Numbered from the stretch's first letter, positions 21,193 through 32,084 are shown. The stretch: DNA of 64,000 bases from Flavobacteriales bacterium UBA3364 (GCA_002360495.1 DEQO01000196.1:5638-69637), one strand, 5' to 3'. The notes: a model not told the origin generated them from the letters alone. Made by a program: numbers and translations.

Positions 21193-22776
21193 CGTTTGCC
21201 TCTGGCGCCGCGTTCATCGGACGGATTATTGACTCGATGAAGACCTTCTCTGCTTCAGTGATTCCGTACTTCTTGTAGAGCTCGGCGTCGGTCCAGTCTC
21301 GATCCCAAGTTTGCTGTGGCACCCAGGTATATGTGGACTTGTTTGCGTCTTGCGTGATCTTCCGAAGTGAGATGATGAAGCGGGCAAAGCGGGTCCGTAG
21401 GTATGACTGCACACTCTTGGCAGCCCTCTCACTGTCCACAAAGAAGAAGAGATAGGTCTGTGTGCAGACTGAAGGAGGTGCGGCAATCAGTGAAGGGCCA
21501 AGCACCATGTCCACACCGCTTTTCTCCCTCTCCCTTCCTGAACCCGTTTTCGGCACTAAGACCTTCCACTTGTCTATCAAATGTTGACTCTTCGGAACCT
21601 CTGAGCGCTTCATCCAACCAACTTGGCGCTTGGTCTTGTCGTTGTAGTACAGCGCTATGTCATTCTTCCCTGCGGTCGGTCGGTGGCCATCGAAGTTTGA
21701 AGTCATGCCGAATTCCTTGTCAGCGGATAGAAGTTCCGTCAATGACGGCTCCTTCTTGGAGAGCACTTTGTTCAGGATAGCGAGTCCACGGACATCCCGC
21801 ACTAGAACGTCGAACTCGTCAAGCCACCGTTGATGTGGACCGTAGGTCTGACCGTCACGCACCAGTGTCGTCGCGCACTCACCATTGTGATGAGCATCCC
21901 ATAGGAAGTAGCAAATGCCTCCGTTAATCCCGACAGAAGGAAAAAGCTCCGCTGCATTCAGATAGTCCACTAACGCAGCCATTCGGCGGTCACTCAACAT
22001 CGTTTTACGGAATGCGTCAAGGCCCAGCCCTCCAGCCATCCAGCGTGACGGGATGATCATGGACAGAAATCGTGGTTCAAGCTTCTTTGCTTGTTCAACG
22101 AAGTGCTGATAGATCGGCACGTCGCGCGTTCCACCATCCGCTCCTAGCTGGTAGGGCGGGTTACCGATGATCACGTCGAATTGCATGTTCTTTCCAAAGA
22201 TTTCGGTTATCCGAGCCTTGATGTCTTTCGTGTGTATGAGCGCGTAGGCGTGGGTCTCGTACCCTTCGCCCCGGTCCAGCGCATTTTGGCTTGCCCCGCA
22301 GTAGGTACACTTCTCATCCTTCCACGTATGCTCCATCCGCTCGAACCAGATATTGCCCGCATCGGTGGCGAAGCTGCTGCCGATGGAGTGCGCGCCCTTG
22401 GCGTGCTTGGAGCAATACACGCTGCGCCGTGCCAGCAAGCTGGTGAGGTGCGTGATGCCGATGCCGAAGACCTGCTTGGTGAGGATGTGGTCCACGCGGG
22501 TGCGCAGGTCGGGTATCTGGTCCTTCAGGCCTTCGGTAAGGCGGCTGGTGATCTCGCGCAGGAAGACCCCGCTCTTGGTGCAGGGGTCAAGAAAGGTCAC
22601 GGTGGGGTCCGCCCATATGTTGGCTCCTTTGTTGTTGGCAGCCCAAGCTTCGGCCAGCGTGTCCAGCATGCGGTTCGCGAAGTCCGGCGGTGTGAAGACC
22701 TCATCGTTGCTGAGGTTTGCGATACAGGTGAGCACATCGGGGTTGCGCCCGCGCAGGGTGAAGCTGGCTTGGGTGC

Positions 22777-22780
<4 letters not shown>
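21185..22780 (-). CDS. gamma-class N6-adenine DNA methyltransferase (Eco57I-type) with C-terminal specificity region
   Basis: VFTPPDFANRMLD (motif X), FLDPCTKSGVFLREI (motif I), FDVIIGNPPYQLGADGG (motif IV), plus about 300 aa of C-terminal TRD-like sequence. Confidence 0.8.
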
Positions 22781-23430
<650 letters not shown>

Positions 23431-23752
23431 GTGGTGGACAAGTTCAGCAAAGTAATCGGGTGCTCGTACATGGTGCTTGTCCAGCGCTGCATCGTGATGG
23501 GTTATCTGGCTGGAACCGAATTGCCTTTGGTTCCGTGTGGTAACATGTCAATTCGCCTCCAGGTCATGCAGTCTGCTTCACCGCTATCAGGGTATCCCGA
23601 TCCTTCGAACAGGTCAGTATAAGGTCGTTCGGGTAAGGAGAGCATGAAGTGATCTTAATGGTTGGTCGATTTACAAAGCCTTTGGCTTGCCTACTGATCG
23701 GCGAACTCCGTTCATGCTTCGTGGTCGATCGGAAAGGCCTTTCAGTGTTGGA

Positions 23753-26557
23753 TCAAAAGCTGATATACTCTTCTTTATAACCTCTCTTGAGCGTCTCGCT
23801 CTTTTTCTTTCGGTAGTAGTGGTACTTCCGCATGTTATCCAAACAACGGTAGATCTTCTGCAATTGGCCATAGCAGTCCACGAACTGCATATGGTCTTTC
23901 GGGTAACGCTGCTTGATCTTGCGTAGCAAATTGAGTGCACGGGATTCGGCCTCCTGACATCTTTCGCTCTGAACAACGAGGTCAATGGCATATTTCTCGT
24001 ACTCCAACTCCTGCAAAGCGTCCAAATGGGCCAGACCTTTGAGCGAGTCCGCCAATTGGTGGAGCATCTGGACGTCTCTGCTGTTCCACCTTCCGCAACT
24101 GGCCGCTCGGATCGCCAGCAGGGCAAACTTGGCTTCACCAGGTCGGTACAGGTCACTCCCTGTATTCCATGCCTGGTGCGAAAGCGAGTCGGCCGCCCTG
24201 CTGTAACCTTCGGCATTGCGGAGGATCAATGCGAGTCGCAGTTGAGCGTCCACCACGTGCCGGCTCGGACCACTGTGCGCGTCTTCTTCAATGGTGAGGG
24301 CAGCGTGCGCGTGACGGATAGCTTTAGAATCCTTCCCGGCCGTCGCATAGAGTTGGGCCAGCAGATCGTGATCCGCGACCAACTCGCTATGGTCCAGCCC
24401 CTGGTCGGCAGTATCCAAGGTCAATGCTGTCCGGGCAGCTTTGATAGCCTCATTGAAATTGTTCAAGGCGGCATACCTTTTCGCCATGCTGTAATACATG
24501 CCCGATCCCGCTGCGGTATCCAATTGCTCCACCACGTTCAGTTCAAGGTCGAGGGCCCTTCTCTCGTGGGTTATAGCGGCTCGCTTGTTCCCTGCGCATC
24601 GGTGTACCTCAGCTATATCTTTGTGGATCTCGGCCAGACTGACCTTGTTGGTGGTAAGGTCCAAGGCCTTAAATAAGGAGTTCAACGCGGCATCATATTC
24701 CCCTCGTTGGATGCTGATATTCGTCTCGATACTCCGTATCGTGGTCCGTATGTCATCCCATAGGATCTCATCGTATCCCTGGATGTCCGAACATAATTCA
24801 TCTGCTTGGTCCAGTTCGTCCAAGCCCTGACAGACCGCAGCCAAGTTCATCTTGGCCTGCAGCACCTCCGGATGCGCTGGTACACGGTTGAGCATGCTCA
24901 GGCGCATGGCCTCTTCCATATGTGGCTTCGCCTCCATGGGCCGCCCTTGATGAAATAGCAAGGCGGCATAGGCCTGCTGGGCGCCGGCTAGCTCCGGATG
25001 GTCTGGTCCGGAGATCTTCAACCTCATGTGGAAGGCTTTTCGGGTATAGGCCTCCGCGAGGCGATACTCCCGCAATCGGTAATGGACGCCGGCAGCATCC
25101 ATGTAGCATTGGGCAAGTTCTTCGCCAGGGGCGCTCTTTGTGTAGGTCTCCCAAATAATGATCACCTGGCGCAACATGTCCCTGGCTTTCTCCAGTTCAC
25201 CAATTTCCGCCTCAACAATGGCCAACGCCCTCATGAGGGACAGGTAAACTCTAGGGTATCCTGTCCAGTGCACGGCGGTATCCTTGGCGATAGTCTCGAA
25301 GAGGACCTTCGCTTGCTCGAATTCCTTGTTCTGTGCTAGAATATCACCGCGTAGGAATTGGATACAAGCCCGTTCCGATGCATCGATACTGTCGGACGCA
25401 TCTACGACAGCAATGGCCATTTGCAGCAGAGAATCAGCCTCGTAGTACCGCCCGATACCTGCGAGCACTTGCCCTTGTTCGGTCAAAAGAACGGCTCGGA
25501 CCTCGTCCCAAGCAGCGTGCCGGATGGGGCAATAGGAATGTGCTGTCCGCAAATGATCCAAAGCGGCCTGGTAATGTCCCATGCGTTTCTCGATCTCTGA
25601 AAGGGACCGGAGCCTGCGTATCAGGCCCAAGGTATCCTCCCCAAGATGCTTCCTGTGTATCTCCCACGCTTTGTAGGCACAGGCGCGCGCGCTATCCAGC
25701 TTGTATGCCGTGAGCAAGAGGTCGTACTTGATGCGGTACGCGCTCAAGAGTTGGCGGAAGCGTTCGCGGGCCTTTTCTTCGGCCTGCTCGGCATCGTGCA
25801 AGGCGGCATCCAGTTGCTCGTTGCTCAGGATGTGCAGCACAGCCTCGAGGCCCGCCTTGGACTCCAGTTGGCGCACTGCATTGCGCACCAGGTCCGAGCA
25901 AAGATCGAGGTTGAGGCGGGCCAGGTAGGCGGCCATGGTATCCAATTGCTGGCTTACCAGGGCATATTTGCGTTCAATGCTATCGCGTTCCAAGGTTAGG
26001 CGATCCAATTCTGCACGGCTGAGGTCCTTTTGGGCGCGCAGGCGATCGTTCTCCCCCACAGCCAGCCGATAGATTTCCTCGTTCTCGGCTTCAAGCAGCC
26101 CTGCGTAGCGCAGCTTTGCCGCACGCAGTTCACCCTTATCGCACACGGTGATGGTCATGGCCTCCTCGGTGGCCAGGGGTACACGGGCCGCTGCGAGCAC
26201 ATCGGTGTTGACGACTTCGATAGGTCGGCTACCATGCGCTGTATCGCCCACGGCGATATCGGCGCGCTCACCCGGTAACTTGGTGGCGAAGCGCAAGGTG
26301 AAGGCCCCCGCCGAAGTGGACCGCGTGGCGTTGGCATCGGAAGCCTTCACCAACACACCAACCGCAGGTGCCAGGCCGCTGTTCTGGAACACGATGCGCC
26401 CCGATAGCGTAGCTGACTGCGGCAGGGCCTGGTCAGCCATGGATATGGCGAGTACCAGTAGGAGCAGTCGCAGCCGGAGGACAGCCCTGAATCCTGCAAC
26501 GATCGGTCCGTTCACTGCCTGTTCGCTTTGAAGTATTTCGCTCAGCCCTGCGGTCAT
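23753..26557 (-). CDS. exported beta-sandwich (CarboxypepD_reg-like) / coiled-coil / TPR-repeat protein, paralog 2
   Basis: ATG at 26557 (the ORF-track start at 26578 is GTG). Hydrophobic leader LRLRLLLLVLAISMA, then LSGRIVFQNSGLAPAVGVLVKASDANATRSTSAGAFTLRF, a coiled coil containing QQLDTMAAYLARLNLD, then about 650 aa of TPR-like helical repeats. Confidence 0.75.
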   Translation of the reverse strand: MTAGLSEILQSEQAVNGPIVAGFRAVLRLRLLLLVLAISMADQALPQSATLSGRIVFQNSGLAPAVGVLVKASDANATRSTSAGAFTLRFATKLPGERADIAVGDTAHGSRPIEVVNTDVLAAARVPLATEEAMTITVCDKGELRAAKLRYAGLLEAENEEIYRLAVGENDRLRAQKDLSRAELDRLTLERDSIERKYALVSQQLDTMAAYLARLNLDLCSDLVRNAVRQLESKAGLEAVLHILSNEQLDAALHDAEQAEEKARERFRQLLSAYRIKYDLLLTAYKLDSARACAYKAWEIHRKHLGEDTLGLIRRLRSLSEIEKRMGHYQAALDHLRTAHSYCPIRHAAWDEVRAVLLTEQGQVLAGIGRYYEADSLLQMAIAVVDASDSIDASERACIQFLRGDILAQNKEFEQAKVLFETIAKDTAVHWTGYPRVYLSLMRALAIVEAEIGELEKARDMLRQVIIIWETYTKSAPGEELAQCYMDAAGVHYRLREYRLAEAYTRKAFHMRLKISGPDHPELAGAQQAYAALLFHQGRPMEAKPHMEEAMRLSMLNRVPAHPEVLQAKMNLAAVCQGLDELDQADELCSDIQGYDEILWDDIRTTIRSIETNISIQRGEYDAALNSLFKALDLTTNKVSLAEIHKDIAEVHRCAGNKRAAITHERRALDLELNVVEQLDTAAGSGMYYSMAKRYAALNNFNEAIKAARTALTLDTADQGLDHSELVADHDLLAQLYATAGKDSKAIRHAHAALTIEEDAHSGPSRHVVDAQLRLALILRNAEGYSRAADSLSHQAWNTGSDLYRPGEAKFALLAIRAASCGRWNSRDVQMLHQLADSLKGLAHLDALQELEYEKYAIDLVVQSERCQEAESRALNLLRKIKQRYPKDHMQFVDCYGQLQKIYRCLDNMRKYHYYRKKKSETLKRGYKEEYISF

Positions 26558-26587
26558 GGTGCCGAACGAACTTACCACACCGGACGA

Positions 26588-29347
26588 TTATGCCGCGAGC
26601 TTTCCATGCAGTCCGGCTCTCCAGTCCTCAAATCTTGAGCGCAGGCGTGCTGCCCTGCGGCGGTGCTTGCGCTCATTGCGCTGGTCATTCAAGGTCATAA
26701 ACATGTTAGCGAGGTATTCATGAACACGGATGAGCGAAGTGCTCCGCTTGCCATAGTGCTGCCTGGTGCGTTGTAGGACATCGAGCCCAAGTTCCACCGC
26801 CTCTTCATATCGGCCGAGGGCGAAGAGTGCCCGGCTCCGTTCATTATCAAACCGCAGGCTATCGAGTACGTCGTACGCCCCAACGTGGTGACCGCCCATG
26901 CTCTCCCTCAAGCGATCCAGGGCGTAAGCGGTATCGGCGCGGGCAACGCGCCTTGCGGCTTTCAAGAGCAGGAGCCGTACCCGTGGATCGGGAGAAGGGT
27001 CCAGGGATCTTTGCATGTCGACCGCTTCACGAAGAAGGATGAGCGAGGTGTCCTTGCGGTCCAAGTCCCAGAAGACATCGGCCACCCGGTCAATAGCACT
27101 GACCAGGTGGGTATGCGGTTCCGAATGGGACCGATGCTCAATAGCGAGCTGTTCAAGGGCGTGGGTGTAGCCTTGCGCACAACTGTCCACGTCGCACAGG
27201 ACGTTGGCCAGCTCATCATGTATATCCCCCAGTTCGTCGTGATCCAATGCCACTTCCCCGTTGGCCAGCGATAAGGCCGCCCGAAATTCCTTCAGCGCGG
27301 CTAGTTCGTCATCCAGCCAGCTCAGCTGTCGGCCGCGGGCCATGTGCAATGTGTGGTCGTCCGGGTATTCGGCCTCCGCTAGGGCGTAGTGACGGCATGC
27401 TTGAATACGTTCACGTTGTGCTTCGTCAGGTCGCTTCAAACAATTCAACACGAAGGCCCTGCTGGCATGGGCCTCGGCGATGAAGGAACGGTTCGTACAC
27501 GATGCTTCGCCCCATAGGGCCATCAGCGTATCAACGTACGCCAAAGCGACGTCGTGCTGCCCGGTGAAGGTTGCGTTCTCTGAAAGCAACTCAAGCGTTG
27601 AGGCCGTGCGGTGGGTAATTTGCCGGCTATCCTGGCGCAGGGCACGCTGTGCATAGGGTCGGGCTTCATAGAAACGGCCCAGGCGGTGTAGGATGGCCGC
27701 ATGGTTACGGTAGGCCTGCACCAGATCCAGGTGGTGCTTTGCCACTACGGGTTCCATTAGGCGGATGGCATCGGCGTTTGCTTGGAGTGCCTCCTCATAG
27801 CGTTCACCGTCCATGAGGATAGCCGCGATCAGCACTTGGTTCTGGGCCAGCCCGACATGGCCGGGAGGAAGGAACTTCGTGTTCAATGCCATCGCACGCT
27901 TAGCGTAACCCTCTGCTAGGGCTAACTTATTCTGGGCATAAGAGCATCCTGCCAGATTAAAATAAAGACCGGCCAATTGCATGTCCCTGGGTAAGGGGAT
28001 ATTCTCCCAGAGTAATGCACTCATGCGCAGGTAATGGTATGCGCTGTCCAGGTCATTCCTTGATTCATAGTAAGCCACACCTATGTCCGCCAGGATACTA
28101 CAAACCAGAAAACCATCATCGGGCATCGTGAAGGTGTATTCTTCGATGATGTGCTTGTTCAAGGCCAGGAATTCCTCCATACGGCCTAAGTGCCCCAGAC
28201 AAACACCCCGCTCCCGCTCCGCTTGGATGTATCGCAGAGTGTCCACTGTTTCCACTCGTTCCAATGTGCGGAGTTGCATATCCGCGTGGCGCAGGGCTTC
28301 ATCATAGGAGCCCAGGTATATGGAACGCGCAGCGGCCAGCCAGTAAAGGTTTGCCAGTACACGCGGGTCCAAAGCTGGCATCAGCTCACCGAGCTCGACT
28401 GCTCGCTGCCAGTGCACTCGGGCACTATCCCATTGGGAGGTCATGAACTCGGTTCCTTCCAGCAAGACCAGGGTTTGTATCAGGCTGGCAGTATCGGCTG
28501 GCAGGTAGTGTTCGCGGAGCCTTAGCAGGGCTCGCAAATCGTGAACGGAACTATCGAATTGCCCATCTGCGAAGAGTGCTTGGGCCCGCACCCCGTAGGC
28601 TTCAGCCAGCTGCTCGAATCGATCAGTGGCTTTACGTTGCATGCCCTCAGCCTCTTCAAACGCAGCGTTCAACGCCTGGCTGGTGAGGATATCCAGGATA
28701 ACAGTTATATCACCGTTCGTTTCCGAGCGATGTAAGGCCTCGCGCACAAGGGCCGAAGCCTGGTCCAGGTTGATCCGGGCAAGATAAGCGGCCATGGTGT
28801 CCAACTGCTGACGCATTGAACGAAAGCGCTCTTCCAAACTATCCCGTTCATGAACGAGCGCATGAACCGCCGCAGCGGATAGATCACTCCGCTTCAATGC
28901 TACTTCATTGGCAGCCAAGGCTTCGTTATGTCTTCGGGAGCTCTGCCGCTCCAATAAGTTGTAGAAGCGCAACTTGGCCTCGTATAGCTGTCCCTTGTCA
29001 CAGACCACGATGACAAGCGGCTCCGCGGATGCGTTCCCTAGCCGCGCGCCCTCCAACACTTCACGGTTCACCACTTCAATTGCGCGACCAAAGCGTGCAG
29101 TGTCACCGACGGTAAGGTTTACACGGTCACCGGGAACTTTGCTCGCATACGTCAATGTAAAGGCCCCGGAGATCGTGGATCGAGTAGCATTGGCATCATC
29201 CGATTTCACCAGCACACCGATCGCTGGCTGTGAACCGCTGTTCTGGAATACGATGCGTCCTTGCAGTTGTGTGCCTTGTGCAAGGAGTGCAGGGGCAAAC
29301 AGCAGCCAAAGCCACCCAACCAGTGCGCTGTTCACCTGCCCAACCAT
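26588..29347 (-). CDS. exported beta-sandwich / coiled-coil / TPR-repeat protein, paralog 1
   Basis: ATG start. Leader ALVGWLWLLFAPALLAQ, then LQGRIVFQNSGSQPAIGVLVKSDDANATRSTISGAFTLTY, QQLDTMAAYLARINLD, then a long TPR-like region. Overlaps the upstream gene by 16 nt. Confidence 0.75.
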   Translation of the reverse strand: MVGQVNSALVGWLWLLFAPALLAQGTQLQGRIVFQNSGSQPAIGVLVKSDDANATRSTISGAFTLTYASKVPGDRVNLTVGDTARFGRAIEVVNREVLEGARLGNASAEPLVIVVCDKGQLYEAKLRFYNLLERQSSRRHNEALAANEVALKRSDLSAAAVHALVHERDSLEERFRSMRQQLDTMAAYLARINLDQASALVREALHRSETNGDITVILDILTSQALNAAFEEAEGMQRKATDRFEQLAEAYGVRAQALFADGQFDSSVHDLRALLRLREHYLPADTASLIQTLVLLEGTEFMTSQWDSARVHWQRAVELGELMPALDPRVLANLYWLAAARSIYLGSYDEALRHADMQLRTLERVETVDTLRYIQAERERGVCLGHLGRMEEFLALNKHIIEEYTFTMPDDGFLVCSILADIGVAYYESRNDLDSAYHYLRMSALLWENIPLPRDMQLAGLYFNLAGCSYAQNKLALAEGYAKRAMALNTKFLPPGHVGLAQNQVLIAAILMDGERYEEALQANADAIRLMEPVVAKHHLDLVQAYRNHAAILHRLGRFYEARPYAQRALRQDSRQITHRTASTLELLSENATFTGQHDVALAYVDTLMALWGEASCTNRSFIAEAHASRAFVLNCLKRPDEAQRERIQACRHYALAEAEYPDDHTLHMARGRQLSWLDDELAALKEFRAALSLANGEVALDHDELGDIHDELANVLCDVDSCAQGYTHALEQLAIEHRSHSEPHTHLVSAIDRVADVFWDLDRKDTSLILLREAVDMQRSLDPSPDPRVRLLLLKAARRVARADTAYALDRLRESMGGHHVGAYDVLDSLRFDNERSRALFALGRYEEAVELGLDVLQRTRQHYGKRSTSLIRVHEYLANMFMTLNDQRNERKHRRRAARLRSRFEDWRAGLHGKLAA

Positions 29348-30876
29348 AGCTCGATAGGACCTGACCGCGGGCGGTATTCTTCGGTGATGGAACTTCCGTC
29401 GGGTGCAGTGACAGTGAGGAGATGGAGCGGGCGTCGCATATGGTAGGGGAGCTCCACTTGGAACGTGCCATGCATATCGGTCTGTACAACCGTGTCTGTA
29501 CTTACCTGGACCGTGGCATGGGGGAGGGGAGCGAGCCCTTTGGCATTGCGCAGTATACCCATGACCTTGGCCAGTTCTTCGTCAGGCACCAGTTCGATCG
29601 CGTGATCTCCCTCGGCAATAACAAGCGTGTCCAATCGGCTTTCCCAATACATGCCATCCACCCGGATACCGACCGCAGCGCCCCGCAGCTCGGCTGGGAG
29701 ATCGCGGAAAATGATATCTGTCGCCGAGGTGGCCTTCTTGGAAATAGAGCCACGCTCGGTAATGATGGTGATCTCCATTGGGAACGTGAATGCCGGATAG
29801 TCGAGCGCAAGTGCAAGGTCGGCCGGTCGATGCAGGCTTAGGCTCATTGTAAACGGCGCCTGGCTTTTCCAAATGGACCAGACCACGAGGGCCACTAGAA
29901 CAGCGGCTGATCCGAAGAGCACGATGACCCGGTGTTTGTGGATCCAATTCTCCCGCAGTGCACTGTCGAAACCGCGGCCGAGGATGAGAAACTCCTCTGC
30001 CGTGACACGGATATTCGCAATATCCGCGCGCGAACGCTTGATCTCCTCGATGATCACATCAAGACGTGCCTTTAGTTCAACCGTCCAGGAGTCCAACGCG
30101 GCGCGCACTACATTCTCGGCCATTGCCTCGTTCCCTTTGCCGAACCAGGCATTGATATCGTCCGGCGTGATGTAGTGTGACGAGCCCTTCGGTTCCTCTA
30201 GCGGTTTTGATATCCGGACAAGGAGCTGCTCGTTCTGTAGTTTCAGGTCTTCGATCCCCTGTAGTATGGCGTTATGCAGTTGCTTGTTATAAGCGATCAG
30301 TGCCGCATTGTTCTCCGGCTGTTTCAGTAGTTCCCCAAGGCATAGCTGCAACTGTTCCGCGAAATGCGAGCGCACGAATTCCTCGAACGCTTGCGGAACA
30401 GGATCACGCCTTTCATCGGTCTGGAGGACCTTCCATCGGTCGATCACAACGTCTGCATCGAATGGTCTTCCGATCATCTGCATCACCTCCTCGTTGTCGA
30501 CCTTGAGCAATTTGAAGTTGGATGCTATCCGTTTCCGCATCAGGGCGACCATGGCTGCGCTCTCCTTTCTTTCCTGTTTGGTACTCAACTGTTCCGCATA
30601 CAGCGTCCCCAGGTTCTGTATGGTCCAATCCAGGGCCTTCATCACGAGCTTCTGTAGGTCGTGGTTAAGCAACGTCGGATGTGGGGAACGGAGGAATGCG
30701 CGTTGGAATTTCCTGTATTCCAAACGGTCGATGTAGCCACTTGCCAGATTAGCGGCGATGTTACCGAACACCGCCTCGACCATCTTGCTGTTCACCACTT
30801 GGCTAAGGCAGGCCAGGCCCGTAGCGAGAGCGATGCTACCGAACTGCGCTGCGACATCTTTGATATTGTCGTTCAT
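29332..30876 (-). CDS. single-pass membrane protein: ~345-aa cytoplasmic helical domain, TM helix, periplasmic beta-sandwich domain
   Basis: ATG at 30876 (MNDNIKDVAAQFG) overlaps the WYL gene stop as ATGA (30873-30876). The ORF-track start at 30963 is TTG. TM helix VIVLFGSAAVLVALVVWSIW. C-terminus GILRNAKGLAPLPHATVQVSTDTVVQTDMHGTFQVELPY is CarboxypepD_reg-like. Confidence 0.7.
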   Translation of the reverse strand: MNDNIKDVAAQFGSIALATGLACLSQVVNSKMVEAVFGNIAANLASGYIDRLEYRKFQRAFLRSPHPTLLNHDLQKLVMKALDWTIQNLGTLYAEQLSTKQERKESAAMVALMRKRIASNFKLLKVDNEEVMQMIGRPFDADVVIDRWKVLQTDERRDPVPQAFEEFVRSHFAEQLQLCLGELLKQPENNAALIAYNKQLHNAILQGIEDLKLQNEQLLVRISKPLEEPKGSSHYITPDDINAWFGKGNEAMAENVVRAALDSWTVELKARLDVIIEEIKRSRADIANIRVTAEEFLILGRGFDSALRENWIHKHRVIVLFGSAAVLVALVVWSIWKSQAPFTMSLSLHRPADLALALDYPAFTFPMEITIITERGSISKKATSATDIIFRDLPAELRGAAVGIRVDGMYWESRLDTLVIAEGDHAIELVPDEELAKVMGILRNAKGLAPLPHATVQVSTDTVVQTDMHGTFQVELPYHMRRPLHLLTVTAPDGSSITEEYRPRSGPIELWLGR

Positions 30877-31772
30877 TCCTTGTACGCGCGTTGGTGGTCC
30901 GTATATCGTACGTCTTGCAATAGAAGCCGTCCACTGTTTACGGACACCCGGTTTGATGTGCAAGCACGGGTCATCCTTAGCTTCCGAGTGGTTCGGACTA
31001 TCCAGAGCCTTCTTAACGCGTTTGGCACGATGCCGCCAAATCCGCCAGTGAGGTGCTTTGTTAAGCCGATCTTCGAGCTAGTAGGACACCGACCCGGTAC
31101 AGGCAGCATGCCCTGGTTGTGGTCCAATTCCACGTTGGTGAGGCCCTTGGTTCCCGCTTTGAGTCCGAATACGAACCAGCGGTTGTTGTCCTGCTTCAGG
31201 TAGTAGGGATGGAGGCGCAGTTTCGTGTGTTTCGCCTGTTTGGATCCTTGGGACTTCACCTCCAGCACCTGTTTGTTGAGGATGGCTTGGAACAGGGTGG
31301 TGATGTGCTCGCTGCCCTTCAGGTAGGGTTTCTCTTCGAACTCGATGATCCGCTCTGCGCCCTGCTTCAACCCGAAGCCTGATTCCAATCGCGCCACCAA
31401 TTCATCCACCCATGCGAACTGCGGCACGCCCTTGAAGCGGTTCAATGTGAGGAGCGATTCCTTCAGCTGACTTGCTTCATGCTCATTGAGCGGCCGCTTG
31501 TTGGTGCTGAAATCCGGCTCGTTGTAGCGGTACCAGACCCGCTTGCCTTCGTTGTGCCGGTCCAAGGGGATGGCCCAGCCTTGGTCACTCTCCATGTACT
31601 TGATGTCTTCGAAGAGCTGGCGTCGACAAATGCCCTTGTCCTTGCCGGTGTGGACGTAGAGCGACTCGTTCACGGCCTCCAACAGGTCCTCCCAGTAATA
31701 CCGCTTGCCCCCAATGGCGAAGCAGCGGTCCAGGGCTTGGTAGCGGATGAGGGCGTGTTTGTTGACGGGCAT
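30873..31772 (-). CDS. WYL-domain transcriptional regulator (wHTH-WYL)
   Basis: N-terminus MPVNKHALIRYQALDRCF is typical of Bacteroidota WYL regulators. WYL core: LRLHPYYLKQDNNRWFVFGL. The last ~90 aa do not resemble the usual C-terminal extension, although no other frame is open there. Confidence 0.75.
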   Translation of the reverse strand: MPVNKHALIRYQALDRCFAIGGKRYYWEDLLEAVNESLYVHTGKDKGICRRQLFEDIKYMESDQGWAIPLDRHNEGKRVWYRYNEPDFSTNKRPLNEHEASQLKESLLTLNRFKGVPQFAWVDELVARLESGFGLKQGAERIIEFEEKPYLKGSEHITTLFQAILNKQVLEVKSQGSKQAKHTKLRLHPYYLKQDNNRWFVFGLKAGTKGLTNVELDHNQGMLPVPGRCPTSSKIGLTKHLTGGFGGIVPNALRRLWIVRTTRKLRMTRACTSNRVSVNSGRLLLQDVRYTDHQRAYKE

Positions 31773-31781
31773 TCCTCAGCT

Positions 31782-32084
31782 TCATCGATACAGATGATCG
31801 ATCCTGTAGACCATGTTCCAGGGCATTACCTGTTTGAATAAGTCAACAGAACCATCAGCCACCAACCCCGCTGCCACCGGACCCCTTGGCTTCGCCAACC
31901 GAATGCTGCCTCCCCGTCCCCGGCCGCTGACCCGAAGGACTTTTGCCAAAAGGCCTTGCCGGGTGGTTGCGTAGGTGGCCGCATCCCAGCCAAGAAGTTC
32001 GCGGGCCTTGCCGTTGCCGAGGTGCTGGTGTTCGGCCAGGAGGGCCGGCAAGGCTTCTTCGTTGCGGGTCAAACCACGGTCCAT
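31782..32084 (-). CDS. putative small winged-helix protein
   Basis: ATG at 32084. The segment GKARELLGWDAATYATTRQGLLAKVLRVSGRGRGGSIRLA looks like a wHTH recognition helix plus wing. Ends 9 nt before the WYL ATG. Composition is GC-rich, so a spurious ORF is possible. Confidence 0.35.
   Translation of the reverse strand: MDRGLTRNEEALPALLAEHQHLGNGKARELLGWDAATYATTRQGLLAKVLRVSGRGRGGSIRLAKPRGPVAAGLVADGSVDLFKQVMPWNMVYRIDHLYR

Noticed and set aside
23671-24216. 181-aa minus-strand ORF overlapping the 3' end of TPR paralog 2
   Set aside because: It lies in a different frame across the TPR gene C-terminus and has an Arg/Ser/Thr/Trp-rich composition. No independent support.
30877-30963. N-terminal extension of the membrane protein from the TTG at 30963
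   Set aside because: It would overlap the WYL gene by 91 nt. The ATG at 30876 forms a canonical ATGA stop-start overlap, and the extension (MHIKPGVRKQWTASIARRTIYGPPTRVQG) has no features.
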